The notes under the pieces are model-generated. The model did no database searches, had not been told where the DNA came from, and saw only the letters and a program-made list of their open reading frames with translations. Source: Gracilinanus agilis (lineage: Eukaryota). From it: a DNA stretch of 64,000 nucleotides. Positions 1-13,399 of this stretch are shown piece after piece. A program made the position numbers and the translations under genes. The stretch covers positions 119,126,626 to 119,190,625 of the forward strand of contig NC_058132.1 in assembly GCF_016433145.1 (NCBI RefSeq), read 5' to 3'. Each line of letters opens with the position of its first letter. Within the stretch, counting starts at the first letter, position 1.

Positions 1-112
1 TTGTTACATTTTATGGATTAGACATCTAAAATACACTTATTGTGATGTAATTAGAGAAACACTATAATTAGATATTATCTAGAAAACACTTAATACAGGA
101 AAAAATGTCCAA

Positions 113-235
113 GAATCACAGATTTAGGGCTGGAACCTTAGAGAATATTTAATCCAACTCTTATTTTACAAAAGACAAACCCAGAGAGATTAAGTGACTT
201 CCCCAGTGTCATACAGGTAATAAATGATCTTTTCC
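113..235 (-). mobile_element. MIR fragment
   Basis: gatttagggctggaaccttagag...ttttacaaaagacaaacccagagagattaagtgacttccccagtgtcatacag matches the reverse MIR core. Confidence 0.6.
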
Positions 236-1118
236 ACTGAACTACACTCTTTCCATTCAAGGAAAGTATCACTTTTATTTTCTAGTAACCAACTGCAAGG
301 ATAAATGACCCTATTCTCCAACAGGGCTTGATGCAGTTATTTGAAATGAGAAATAAAAAAATGGATGGTTAAGAGAAGATTGTCTGTCACTGGCCTATAA
401 TCAAATAATTTTTATTCCAGGAATAATTAACTTCAAACCAAGAACAGAATTCATCCATTCTTGCCGTAGCAGAGATCCAATGCTTTGCACATGTTCTGAA
501 ATGACAAAATTCCTAGTTAGTTGCCACAAAATGACTGAAGTATATTATAACTCCATGATGCAGAAGAAATGCTTTAGGATCCCACCGAAATCCAAGTTTG
601 AATGATATATCATAGCTGAAAACAACAAATCGAACAAAAAAAACTATTAACTGAATACATAATTTGTGTTCCCTATTTTCTAGATGCTTTTAGGAGTTTA
701 AATAAGCATAAGTTGCAATAATTTCCTAGGGAAGACAAAAGATAAATAGGCAAACAGCTAAATAACAATATCAGATCTATCATAAGGCTGTGTTTATTAA
801 CTGCCAAATGAGTGGGACAGACAATAAACTATCAGATGAGGGCAAGATCAGTTTATGTAGGAGAGGTCAGAGTAGGCTTATAGAGAAAGAAAGATATAAG
901 ATGGACCTTAATTGATAAATGAGAAGAGTGGCATTCCAGATAGGGAAAACCGCATGATAAATGTAGAGAGAATGAAACTGTTCTAGGAAATTATTGGGAA
1001 ACAAGGCAAATTGTAAGATAGATAATAGTAAGAGCCTCAGCTAGGGTGGTCATAGTAAGAATTGCGGGGAGGGGTACACAGCAAATCTTTCAAAAGAACT
1101 ATCAGTAGGGCATTAGCC

Positions 1119-1312
1119 AGGCAGCTAGGTAGCACAGTGGACAGAGCAACAGGTCTGAAGTTTGGACCCAGACACTTCCAAGCTATTCCCTAGACAAGTC
1201 ACTTAACCCCAATTACCTAACCCTTACTACTCTTCTGCCTTGGAATTGATACTAGGACAGAGGGGAAGGATTTTAGACAATAAAATAAAATAAAATAAAT
1301 TAAAATAAAATA
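1119..1312 (+). mobile_element. Older marsupial tRNA-derived SINE with (AAAAT)n tail
   Basis: aggcagctaggtagcacagtggacagag head, gacaagtcacttaaccccc body, A-rich tail. Confidence 0.75.
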
Positions 1313-1394
1313 GGACTTTAGCCTGATTGGATATGAGGGCTCTGTCAGCAATTAAATGATGAAAATTCCTCATCTGTAAAAAATGAAGGCATGG

Positions 1395-1593
1395 GGGGGG
1401 CTGCTGGGTAGCTCAGTGGATTGAAAGCCAGACCTAGAGACGGGAGGTCCTAGGTTCAAATCTGGTCTCAGACACTTCCCAGCTGTGTGACCCTGGGCAA
1501 GTCACTTGACCCCCATTGCCTACCCTTACCACTCTTCTGCCTTGGAGCCAATACACAGTATTGACTCCAAGATGGAAGGTAAGGGTTAAAAAA
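1395..1593 (+). mobile_element. SINE1_Mdo-type SINE inserted into a MIR
   Basis: Full head-to-tail SINE. TSD aaaaaatgaaggcatgg at about 1378-1394 and 1594-1610. The flanks join into MIR sequence (cctcatctgtaaaa...aagttcccttccagctct). Confidence 0.9.
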
Positions 1594-2257
1594 AAAAAAT
1601 GAAGGCATGGATCTCTTAAGTTCCCTTCCAGCTCTTTCATTCTAAGCAAAGATTCAGTATAGTTTCAGCTAGTCCTTTAGGTATTTGCTGAATCTGAACT
1701 AGCCTCAAAGTCAAAACACCACATTATAAACACTAAACCTAAAATTTTTAGTCACTGTACATTAATATGGACCCTCATGATAGCCTGAAGTCTGACAGCC
1801 CACTCTAAACTCTTGGTAGAAGAGCCATTTAACAGTTTGAGAATGTGATTGCAATCAGCTTCTACAGATATACCTAAAATCAAATTCTAGTTTTGTTATA
1901 TTAACTCTTTTGAAGTTAACTTATCATGCTTACTTGCTTTCTTTCCTTTTTTTTTAAATGTACCCTTGCCTTTGGTATTAGAAGGGAACCATCTTCATCA
2001 GTATGACTATAAACCATGGGATTAAACCATAGGGATGATAGGTCTCTCATCCAACTGAAACCTATCAAGTACAACCCTTTCATTTTATAGAAAAGGGAAC
2101 TGAAGCCTAAAGAAGTTAAGTGACTAGTCCAAGGTGATCCAAGTAATTCCTGTTCTTTAGTGCTTGGCATCCTGGATCTGAGTCCTGTTTGAAACTAGCT
2201 ATTTTTCCCCATGAGGTACCTGTGGACATAAGACTTAAATTACATATTAATTAATCA

Positions 2258-2345
2258 ATAAGCATTTACTAAGTGCCTACCATGTACACTGTCCTAGGTG
2301 CTGAGAATAGAAACACAAAGATTGAAGTAATTAGTGTTCTCATGG
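2258..2345 (-). mobile_element. L2 3' end
   Basis: caataagcatttactaagtgcctaccatgtac...gtgctgag is the reverse complement of the L2 terminus. Confidence 0.65.
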
Positions 2346-3551
2346 AGCTTTTATATTCTAATAACAACCTTGTTTTTCTTTCTTGACCTTTTTGTCTCAC
2401 TAGCAGCTGTGCCTTTTTTAAAAAATGAGCTGACCTATTTTTGTTATTTGACTTATCTTTTGTTTTCTGGTATTCTCATCCTAACTATATTTTTGATGAC
2501 CAGTAGTCATTTAGAAAGTATGACATAAAATAAGTTTGAACAGCCAAAAATTACAGTATAAACAATTTTAATTGATGTTGGAGAGAGTATACTCAAGTGT
2601 GTACTCTACCATGCTGCATGTTTACCTGGAATTGCTGAATTTATATAAAGCTGAAAAGAGAAATTGGAAAAGCTTGCCAATAAAATCAGGAAAATATTAA
2701 AAACTTGAACCATTAATCCAAAATGATACGGTTCATGGGATTCTGGATTTACTTCATCTCCTAAAATTTGGAGATTGGACTAGATAAACTCTGAGGACCC
2801 TTCTAGCTTTAGGACTATGATTTTGTATTCTTATGAAGTATTATTCAGTCACATTATCTAAAATGCCAACTAGGCTGTAATCTTCTTCTTCCCATCCCAT
2901 TATCTTCCTTCTTTTGTCTCTTTTGGTCATACTCAAGGTGTACTGCTCGAAAAGGGGATATATGGTAGAAAAGAAGAGGGCACAACTTTGAGTTCTTTGG
3001 GATGTGCTTTTGCCTGCTCCCAGTATTGCTTCTGGGCATTTTCCTTGCATACTAAATGTATGAGAAGAAAAAAATACCATATTTCTCTCTCCTACTTCCA
3101 TGTAAATAGAAGTGAGGCTTCTAAGAATGTATAAGAAATTCTCCCTTTTCCTTAGGTAGGGAAAATCTAGGAGTCAAAGGACATTCTTACTCCCTCCATA
3201 CCTATAAAAAACATACTTCTATTTTAGAAGGAATTAATTCCTTTGAAAAAGTTGTAATGAGGGAGTACTTATAACTCAATCATTTTTTATTTTTGGTTCT
3301 AGTCTTTTGATTTGATCTGTATCAGGACTTCCTGTCCTAGAAATTCTTTGTACACTGAGGCAGTGGCTTCAGACATTTTGAGAAGCCAAAGTGGCATAAC
3401 TTGGGACCCACTAGTGTGTGTAAGAAGCAAGAGTTGAACCCAGGTTTTCCTCCATTGCCCACTTTCTATCTACTCTGCAATGATACCTCTCATGACACTT
3501 TTAATGGCTATAAGATTGTATAGTTTGTATACTCCAACATGATCACTTGTT

Positions 3552-3751
3552 AATTTTTTGGTAAACCCTTCCTTCCATCTTAGAGTATCAATTCTTAGGT
3601 AGAAGAAGGTAGGGTAGGGACTAGGAAATTGGAGTTAAGCAACTTTCTTGTCCAGGGCCACACAGCTAGAAAGTGTCTAAGGCTAGATTTGAACCCAGGT
3701 CCTCCCAACTATAGGCCTGGTTCTCTTTCTAGTGTATGCCCTAGCTGTCTC
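3552..3751 (-). mobile_element. Diverged marsupial SINE
   Basis: aaacccttccttccatcttag...gccacacagctagaaagtgtctaaggctagatttgaacccagg...ctagctgtctc. Confidence 0.8.
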
Positions 3752-4069
3752 TTCAACTAATTTTAAGTGAATCTAGTTACAGTAGTAGTATTAAATGCAT
3801 CTAGTGAATTATTTCTCTGTAATAGAAAAAAATATTCTTCCATTTTCATGCAATGCGTTCCAGCTCCTTTCCCATATTACAAAAATTACAAATACCAACA
3901 GCATATTTTGATAGCTTTATTTTCATATGCCCAAGTGGATGTTTTTTATCAGAAAATTTAAACAAATCTGATATTTCACCACTTGGTGGTGCTCCATGAC
4001 ATGAGTATATGGTAGAAGAAATAGTAAGTAGTCACTAATTTGGGAGACATTGTTAATGTAGTCAATTTA

Positions 4070-4287
4070 TTTATTTATATATATATATTTTAAACCCTTA
4101 CCTTCCGTCTTGGAGTCAATACTGTGTATTGGCTCCAAGGCAGAAGAGTGGTAAGGGTAGGCAATGGGGGTCAAGTGACTTGCCCAGGGTCACACAGCTG
4201 GGGAGTGTCTGAGTCCAGATTTGAACCCAGGACCTCCTGTCTCTAGGCCTGGCTCTCAATCCACTGAGCTACCCAGCTGCCCCCTCC
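4070..4287 (-). mobile_element. SINE1_Mdo-type SINE, low divergence
   Basis: Full length; 12-bp TSD gtagtcaattta at 4058-4069 and 4288-4299. Confidence 0.92.
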
Positions 4288-4579
4288 GTAGTCAATTTAG
4301 CTGACATCTTATTTTTAAAATAATTTTTATAGGTTTTATTTTCATATTATTTCAATTTTCCATTATATCTCCCCCACACACCCCTTTGCCTTCCCAGGCA
4401 ATTATCCCTTATAGCAAAAAAACAAAACAGAATAAAAAGAAAACACAATTCGGCAAAACTAACCAACATATTGAAAAAGCTGACATTGCATACAGTGTTC
4501 CACATTCATAGTCTCATATCTGCAAAATAAGGGAAGGAAGCTTTTCATATCTATTCTTTTTGCCCAGGTTTAGTCACTA

Positions 4580-7500
4580 TACTTTTTTTAAATTAGATTT
4601 TATTTCTTTATCAGCAATAATCCAACTTCTCCCACCCCTAATTGAAAATGAAAGAAAACAAAACAAGTATAGTCAAACAAAATAAGCAGTTGTTTTGTCC
4701 ACATGGGTCATATCTAAAAGAAAAGTACACATAAGTATATGTTTGTGTATATATGCATATACATATATATTTGTTTCATTCTATACTTGTGAGTTCTTCA
4801 CTTCTCAGTGAGGAAGTGGGTATTATGTTTCATCTTTAGTTCTCTGGAGTCATGGTTAGTCATTACATTGATCAGAGTTCTAAGCATTTCAAAGTTGTTT
4901 GTCTTCATAGGATTGTGTTTTTGTATAAATTGTTCCCCTCAGTCTATTAATTCACTCTGTTCATACACATTTCCCCAGGTTTCTCTGAAGCTATCCTCAT
5001 ATCATTTCTTGTAGCACAATAGAATTCTATCACATTTCTATGCCATAACTTGCTCATCTATTCCCCAACTGATGGGCATCCCCTTAGATTCCAGTTAATT
5101 GTCACCTTAAAAAGAGCCATGTATATTTTTTTACATCTTTAGTTAGCCTTTGTTTTATATAGGATTATTCCTTCCCTTAATCTACCCACCCTGTAATTCT
5201 CCCTTCTCCCTTCTCTCTCAATATAAGATGAAATGAATTTTTGGTGAAATCCAACTGTGTCTACATCTGTATGTTCATTCTTTGCTTCTTTGACTTAGTT
5301 CAGATGAAAGTGAAGTTCAAGTGTCATCCACTACCTCTTAACCCCACCTCCTCCATGTTTGTCTAAATTTCCATTTTTTTTTCTTTTATGTGAGAGAATT
5401 TCCTATAACTTTCTTTTACATTATTACCCCCTCTGACCCCTACATATTCTCCTGCCTTTCCTTTTCCAGTCTTCTTTTAAGATTTTCAAGATATAACAGA
5501 GTTGCTACAGGATCTTCAGTCTAATAAAATTCCTTCTGTCACCATCAATGATGATGGGTTTAAAAGGGACATATATATCATCTCATATAAGAATATAAGC
5601 AGTTTATCATTGTATATAGTCCTTTATCATTGATCATTCATATTTACTTTTTTATGTTTCTTTTAACTCCTGTGCTTGAAATTCAGAGTTTCTCTGCAGC
5701 TCTGATCTTTTCATTAGGAATGCTATGATATCCTCTATTTCATCAAAAATCTATTTTTTTCCCTGTAGCATTATACTGTGTTTTGCTGGTTGAGTTATTC
5801 TTGGCTCTAAGCCTTTATTCTTTGCTTATAGAACAACATATTCTATACTCTCTACTTCTTAATCATAATGTAGCTATAAATCATATGTGTTCCTAACTGC
5901 GACTTCTCAGAACTTTGATTCTTTCTTTTGGCTGCTTGAAGTATTTTTTTCCCCCTTTTACTCAAAAGCTCTGGATTTGAACTGTAATGTCTCTCAGAGT
6001 CTTAATTTTGGATTTTCTGTAAGGATGTGATTGATGGAGTCTTACTCTTTCTGCTTTGCCGTCTGGTTCTAAGAGTTCTGGGAAATTTTCAAGGTTTTTT
6101 CCTTGATCAATTTTGCAGATAAATTGTTTTCCCATGAGATACTTTATATTTTTTCTATTTTTTCAGACTTTTGACTTTTGTTTTCATATTTCTTATTGTC
6201 TCATGGCATCATTAGCTTCTATTTGGCCCATCTCATTTTTTAAAACCCTAACCTTCCATTTTAGAATCAGTTCTGTGTATTGTTCTAAGACAAGAGTGGT
6301 AAGGCTAGGCAATGGGGTTTAAGCGACTTGCCCAGGGTCACACAGCTAGGAAGTGTCTGAGACCAGATTTGAAGCCAGAACCTCTGTCTCTAGGCCTGAC
6401 TCTCAACCCACTGAGCCACCCGGCTGACCCTCCCATCCTAATTTTCAGGAAGTTGGATGCTTGGACAGTTTTGTACCTCTTGTGTTAAGCTGTTAATACC
6501 TTTTCCATTTTTCTTCTATAGCTCTCATTTCTTTTTGAAATTTTTTCCTCTAATGATTTCATTTCACTCATAAAAACATTTTAAACTTTTAAAAAAATAC
6601 TCTTCATTTATGTCCCCTAGGAATTCTAGTTGATTTTGTGCATAAACTATGGGTGTTTGGTTTTGGGTTTTTTTTGAGATTTTGTTTATAGATATGTTGG
6701 AGTCATTCTCTTCCAAGTTTGTGTCTTGAGTTTTCCTAACCCCATTATAGCTTTTTGTTGTGGGATTCTTTTTTGTTTGCTTGTACTTCCAATTTTTCTA
6801 ATTTTGTACTTTAAGTCTGGGCTTTTGGCATCTCTGTAGGGAAGGTCTAGGCTGGTCTCGTAAGCTCTTTCTTGAGCTATTGAGGATTGTGTTATTATTG
6901 CCTCTTGGGATAACTCAGTCTAGAGACCTGCAAGTTTTCAGTATTCTCAAAAAGGTCTGATCCAGAACAAAATTTGATTATTTTCTCCCTGGTCTGAGCT
7001 CTTAAGTTCTTGACCTGGGTTTAGGTCTGAGCATTAGTAGACTGCTGCTAGCCTTAGCCACTATTGGAAAACTCTGTAGTTTGAGTGACAGAACTGTAGG
7101 CTCCCCTTTAGTCTGGGATTCCTGCCATTCCTCTTCAGACTTCAGTTTGAGCTAAAAGTTGTACCTGAGACCCTGCTCTGTTCCTAGGGTATGAGCTATT
7201 ACTTCTGATATTTGTTTCTTAACTTTCTTCTTGCTCAGTACACAGGCTAGGGCCTGCAACTGTTCTTCACCCCAGAATGCCACTTCTAGATATAATTCCT
7301 CTTTTCATTCTGTCCTACTTTTGTGACCTGAAGCTGGTTGGATAGCAAAGTTTCCAGGTGGCAAACTTCTTCTTCCTGGTGCACAACCTCTTCTTGTACT
7401 AGAGTGCTCTGACCAGACCCCATCTACAGACCTCTCTGTCTGAGATGAAAAAAGGATTGGCTTTTGTTTTATTTTTCTTAGGTTTCCCTACCAGTATTGT

Positions 7501-7618
7501 GTCTGATGCATTTTCTACATATGTTTGCAGGAGTTTGTGGGGAATGTAGGGGGTAGAGGTAGGGGAAGGAATCTTGCTATATTTCTTACTATTACTCTGC
7601 CATCTTGATTCCACCTTT
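4580..7618 (-). mobile_element. L1-derived element with 5' UTR, ORF1, spacer and ORF2 C-terminus/3' end; bulk of ORF2 absent (HAL1-like)
   Basis: Marsupial L1 5' terminus ctctgccatcttgattccacc at about 7600. ORF1 C-terminal remnant at about 5650-5960. ORF2 tail motif ttccccaactgatgggcatcc at about 5060. Interrupted by a SINE at 6236-6430. Confidence 0.7.
6236..6430 (-). mobile_element. SINE1_Mdo-type SINE nested in L1 ORF1
   Basis: aaaccctaaccttcc...cccagggtcacacagctaggaagtgtctgag...gagccacccggctgaccc. Confidence 0.88.
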
Positions 7619-7789
7619 GTCATTATAATCTTGAAAACATTCAGTTTTGATTGCTTTATTCTTGTTCTTTCCATTTTCATTGTTGTAATTTTATGCAAGT
7701 ATCCCTTCCACATCATGGGAGTTTTGGAGCCCATCTGGAAAATCTGTGTAAAATTTTTTGGCTTTCATGTTCTTTTTGAAAACTAACTT

Positions 7790-8430
7790 TTTACTTATTT
7801 TAACTTTAAAAAAGAAATTGTGTATGTTTATGGTATTAAAAGGTAAAGTATATTGATATTATACAATACTATAAATATATTTTATGCATTTCTGAGTTCC
7901 TAAACTTTTTCTTTTTGCTGGCCTTCATGTGTGGTCTATGGCTTCTCCAAAACTCCCACTTCCCCATCCCCCATTTAACCTCTCATGCGGATCCACAATA
8001 CATCAAAACTGCTATGGGGAAAGTCATGATGTGAAAGGGATTCCTGTGTATTGTTTTCCTAGTTTTGTTTACTTCAATTCACTTAAGTTGCACATTTCTG
8101 ATTATTTCTTAGAATATAGTAGAATTCTATTTCTGAACTCCGGTTTGTTTAACCATTTCCCAGTTCCAGCAAAGACATCTGCTTTGCTTCCAGTTCTTTG
8201 CTACTACAAAAATGCTGCCATAAATGTTTTGGTTTACGTGGGACTTTTCTTTTTCTTTTTGACTTCCTAGTGTATGGGTCATAGGATATGGACATTTTAG
8301 TCACTTTCTTTGAATAGTTGCAGATTGGTAGTCCCATTCACAGTTCCCCCAATAGTGTTTTAGAATACCTCTTTTCCTACTATGCCCCCAACACTTAATT
8401 TGCCATTTTTTGTTGTCTCTTCCATTTTGT
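7790..8430 (-). mobile_element. Old L1 3'-end fragment
   Basis: ttgtttaaccatttccc...ttccagttctttgctactacaaaaatgctgccataaatg is the reverse of the ORF2 C-terminus. Confidence 0.65.
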
Positions 8431-8439
8431 TGAATATGG

Positions 8440-9350
8440 GGTAAGCCATTCATTCAACACGCATTTATTAAGCAGTTAATATGTGACATGCATTATACTA
8501 AGCATTGGGAATATAAAGAGAGGCAAAAATTGTCTCTACCTTCAAGAAATTTGCATTCTAATGAACAAACATAAAAATAATTAGAGTCACACAAGACACA
8601 GAATGAAGAGAAGGTAGTATCAGAAAGGAAGAGACTAGCAGCTGGGAGGACCAGGGAGACCTCATGAGATGTGTTTTGAGCTGTCTTGAAGCAAGCCACG
8701 GAAGCAGGAGTAGAAAGTTCAATTGCAGAGGCTTAAGAAGACAGTGAAATGAAAAGTAGAGCCATCAAGGATAGATGACTTTCTCAAGGAATTTCAACAT
8801 GAAGAAAAGGAAGGACATTGGATTATAACTGCTGAGAATTGTAGAATCAACAAGGTTGGTTTTTTGTTGTTTTGTTTTGTTTTGTTTTGTTTTGAAGAAT
8901 GAGGAAGGCATTGGTATGGTATAGACAGCAGAGAAAGTAGCTGATAGATGGGGGGGAAATGAAGATAAGTTTAAAAATGTGTATAATAATGCAGTCTACT
9001 GGAGAAGTAGGGATTTGGAGAGTTGGAACCAGGTCTCATAGGGGTTGACTTTAGCAAGGAGACAGTCCATTTTTTCATCAGATACTAGAATGAAAGAGAA
9101 CATAGTGGGGAAAGATGTCTGAGTAATTTTAGTTAAGGCAGAGAGGAAAAGAAGGAGCTCTTTACAAGTTACTTTGTTTTGTTTTGTTTTTTTGTCAAGT
9201 AAGAGGCAAGATTCTTAGCAAAAAGCATATGCTGTGGTACGCTTGAGGTGAAATGAGGTTTAGAATAGCCACTGGGGAGAGTGGGATAGCAAATTGATTA
9301 GGGAATCCTGGAATGCCTTGCTGTAGTGAAAGCCAAGTTGAAATTATTAT
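8440..9350 (-). mobile_element. L2 fragment
   Basis: Begins with ttcattcaacacgcatttattaagc (reverse L2 terminus), followed by a purine-rich L2 body. Confidence 0.6.
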
Positions 9351-11758
9351 ATAACAAAAATTTATAATCAATATAGTTAATGTGCTTATTTTTTTGTTTT
9401 GTTTTCTTTTCTTTTCAGCTCTATTAACTGACAATGAATTGGAGCAAAGTAGTCAGCTGGTAGGAGTAATCCAGGGTTGAGGTTTGACAAGACATACTTA
9501 TAGGATTAGGTAGCAAGGAATTTGTGAGAAGATAGCTTTTGCCTACCTTTCCAGCTTTATTTTTACTCATTTTATGTTTCATTCCAAATGGGCTATTGAA
9601 ACAGATATATATCATACTTTTCATATCTTTCTCATCTATGACTGTCAAAATTCCTTTTTTTCCTTGAATGCTTAGCACAGATATCCTTTATGAAGCCTTC
9701 CTTGATTCCCTTTCCACTCTCCAGCCACAATTGTTCTTTGCCTCCTCATATTTTCTTAGTGTATTTTGTCAGAATCTTTTCTTTGTCATCATTACTCTGT
9801 AGCTTGTCATATACTTATCTGTATACTGATTGTTTTTCTCTCAATAGAATCTATGATTTTTGTGGGACTATTATTTTTCATTTTTGTGTAACCAGTAGCT
9901 TGCTCAGTGCCTTTGCATGTATTTGGATTTGGAAATTTTTTTAAAAAATCAAATAGTTTCAAATGGTAAAATATAACAAGTTGTATCTGGATAAAAATAT
10001 GCTTATTTAGAAAATGGCATAAAATGAACAAGAAGTAACAATCTTATAGAAAATAAGCATTTCTTAAATTTTATGTGCAAATAAGTGAAAGAAAGTTTCA
10101 AAAATATGTGAACTTTGTAACATTCATTATTTTGTGGAAAATCTAGTCATGTAATTTATTACACTGTATTTACCTCTTCTTTTCCCTCTTCCTTAATGTA
10201 ACTGATCTTTAGTATACAAACCATATTTTTTAAATGAGGTAGCTCTGAGGCAGACATAAATTTTAGCTTTACATACTGATTTGAGTAGCCATGTTATTTT
10301 TTTTTTTGTGATGGGGCATTAATGGAAGAAGTATAGTCTTTTTCTTTCAAAATAACCATTTTGCTTTATGTGGAAAATTTCAGGCTAACAGTTTCAGTAT
10401 GAGCCTTGGTTCTTTGATCTCTAATGTTCTATTTAGGTTGCCCTTTAAAAAAATTAGGATGACAGATCATTGTTTTGGTTCATAGAATAAGAAAATAGAT
10501 TGGGGAAAAAAAGTATCTGCCTTGAAAATTAAACATCCCAAATTGCATTTCTTAACTCACTAAAAATATTTTGTTTCTCTGCAATTTACATTATAGTTAT
10601 CTATAAAACTGGTTTTCTTTTTGTTATAGGAAGGCAGTATGAGTTATTGTAAAAATTGCTAATTGGGAATTGCGTTGAGACCCGAGTTCAAAATGCACTT
10701 CTAAAACTTAATACTTATTTGACAATTTGGCAATTCAGAGTCACTGAACTCTAGTTTTTTTCATCTCTAAAATGGAAATGATAATTCCTGATTTATCTAC
10801 CTTACAAGATTACTGTAAGGATCAAATGAGATAAAAAGTATAAAGTGTTTTGTAAGCTTTAGAGTTGTATATAATTGTCTGCTAATGGTATTTATTATTT
10901 GTTACAATGGAGGATTGGAAAAGAGGAGCTTAATTTTTTGATATTTTTTCAGGTGGGGAACAGAATTGCATAAGGTTGTTTAGTTAGATCTATTTTTCTA
11001 TTTTAAATCAGTTGATAATTAGAAAAAATAAGTATGACAGTGTGAAACAACTTTTTAAATCTTCTTATCATATACTTTTGTATACTCACAAAACCTGAAG
11101 TCATAGGCATAGCCAGTGTTATAAATAGAGAGTTAAGATAGTATAATTTTATAGGAGTTGTAAACATCCCTCTGCTCAGTTAGAGATTTTTTCCTCTTCC
11201 AGAGGGAGGAGAATTATATTCAGAATGGAAAAAATCCAAACATCTTAAATCATTCATTATTAGCCCTCACATCATGAGAATTGGTTTTTTTTAGGTTGCT
11301 TTCTATAGCATTACTAGTGAAAGAGTCTTTTTAAAGGAATAAATTAGAGAATAAATGATTACTTTAAAGCAATGATATTTTTTTGTTTTTAAATCACCTT
11401 TATTTTCATATGTGAAACAAGCTTTGATTTAAGTAAAGAAATAGGTTTAGAATATGGAACACTGCTCTAAGAAGGCTGACTTAGATGAATCTACTAAAAC
11501 ATCTCTGGGTAGCTAAAAAGCAGCATAAGGTCATTAAGTACCTTATAGATGGCCAGTGAGGGTGGGGTGGGAAGAAAAGGGTGGCTAGTATTGCACAAAG
11601 GGTGGAGAAGGAGCACTTTAAGGCAAGCGTTTACCTGTATATAAGAGTTTTCCAACTATTACTATCTTTGACTATGTCTTTTCAAAGAAAAACCTGTTTC
11701 AAAGCTGACATTTTCCTCTCACATTTGCCAAATTTGATTGCATATAATGGTGGTCATA

Positions 11759-12008
11759 TTTGTTATTGTTCAGTCGTTTTGTTTGTGTCTAATTCTATAA
11801 TACTTCATTTGGGGCTTTCTTGGCAAGGATACTTGAAAGGTTTGCTATTCCCTTTTCTGGTTCATTTTGTAGATGAAGAAACTGAGATAAAAAGGGGATA
11901 AGTGACTTGCCCAAGGTCTCACAGCTAGTAAGTGACTGAGCTCAGATTAAATTTAGAAAGAGGTATTCCTGACTTTAGACCTGGTGTTCTATCCACTATA
12001 CCATCTTG
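11759..12008 (-). mobile_element. MAR1-type (RTE-tailed CORE) SINE
   Basis: gttattgttcagtcgttt...ttcttggcaaggatacttgaaaggtttgctattccctt tail plus the core gatgaagaaactgag...aagtgacttgcccaagg. Confidence 0.8.
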
Positions 12009-12344
12009 TTATCCAGGAATATAACTAGTGATAAATAAAGCATTTGCTGTCATATTTAGAGGAAGAGACAATTTAGTGCTAATTAGATTTGGAGTCAGAA
12101 GACTTCAATTTGAATTAGGGCTGAATTATTTACTAGTTGTGTGATGATTTATACATACCATCTTCTCTGAACCTGAAATTCCTTATCTTTTAATAAGAGT
12201 ATAATACTAGTACTATGTTATTATGAGGATCAAGTGAAATAATGTTTGAATAATTTCTAACACATATACTAATGCTTTAGGATTTGCAAAGTTCTTTAAA
12301 TACTTTATTTCAATAAATCTTATGTATTATGTATTATTAGCATT

Positions 12345-12605
12345 GGGGCAGGTAAGTGTATAGTGGGTAGAGTGCTGAACTGTAGTCAAAAAGAGTCAAA
12401 AAGATCTGAGTTCAAATGTTATCTCGGATACTTAGTAACTGTTTACCCTGAACAAGTCTCTTAACCTTATTTGCCTCGGCTTCCTCCTCTATAAAATTAA
12501 AATGAGCTGGAAGAAAAAATGGAAACTGGTCTAGTATCTTTGCCAAGAAAACCCCAGATGGGATCACAAAGAGACTAAAATAACTAAAGTGACAACAAAC
12601 AACAA
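12345..12605 (+). mobile_element. MAR1-type SINE
   Basis: ggggcaggtaagtg...atctgagttcaaatg...gaagaaaaaatggaaactggtctagtatctttgccaagaaaacccc...acaacaaacaac. Confidence 0.8.
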
Positions 12606-13399
12606 TTATTAGTATTATTTTACTGTTTTGGAAACTGAGGTTAGTGACTTGCCTTGAATATAAAATCAAACAGCTTGATTTTAAAACTAGGTCTTCTGAC
12701 TTCTAATACACCATAATGCTTTGTGGTCTTAAAGCAATACTACATGGTGATATTACTGTATAATTTTTCTTTGTAGATTTGTGGCTATTTTAGAATATTT
12801 GATTATTTGAATGGTATGTTTAGATAATTTATGCTTAACTTCATCAAAATTGAAAAATTAAAATCGAATTATTGGTAAATGTTTTAAAAATGCATACTCT
12901 TCTTATTTTTCCTTTGCAAAACTAGTAGTTTCCTACTTAAAATTATTTGTTAACTTGTTTGCTTTTGCATTTTTAGTATATTAGAGATTAGATAAAATAG
13001 ACTTTTTTTAGGCATTAATTTTGAACTAGTTGAAAAAATTCAAAATTAGATCAGAGAATGGGCTTGATTTCAGACAAAATGTATGAATTATGAATGTTCA
13101 CATTCTGATGTTGACTATGAATGGCATTGGATCAGACATTTACATCAAATATATGATCATATAATTTTCTATATTTTTATGATTAGATCTTTCTGATAAT
13201 TTTGTTTTTAAAAAGTCAACTACTCCAGCAAAAAACAAATCATTTAAGTGCAGTATATGTGTGAATCCTTTTGAGGCATGAAAATGTATGTTTAAGACTT
13301 CTAATTTTGATATTCTGAAAAAATTATCACTTTTATATCTATTTCTATTATAGTGCTTCTGAATCCGGTGAATTGATGAATTCTGTTTTTTCTCCATAG

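Noticed and set aside
420-605. 62-codon stop-free frame after a ttttattccag acceptor-like site
   Set aside because: No recognisable protein similarity and no convincing donor; this length is within chance.
1434-1649. ORFs such as 1434..1649, 6113..6322, 13579..13812, 26705..26983 and 52022..52225
   Set aside because: They are translations of SINE copies (shared VRVGNGGQVTCPGSHSWEV text), not genes.
1-13399. Imprinted PPP1R26 retrocopy/CpG island known from human RB1 intron 2
   Set aside because: No CpG island or matching coding remnant in the visible part of intron 2. The upstream part of the intron is outside the window.
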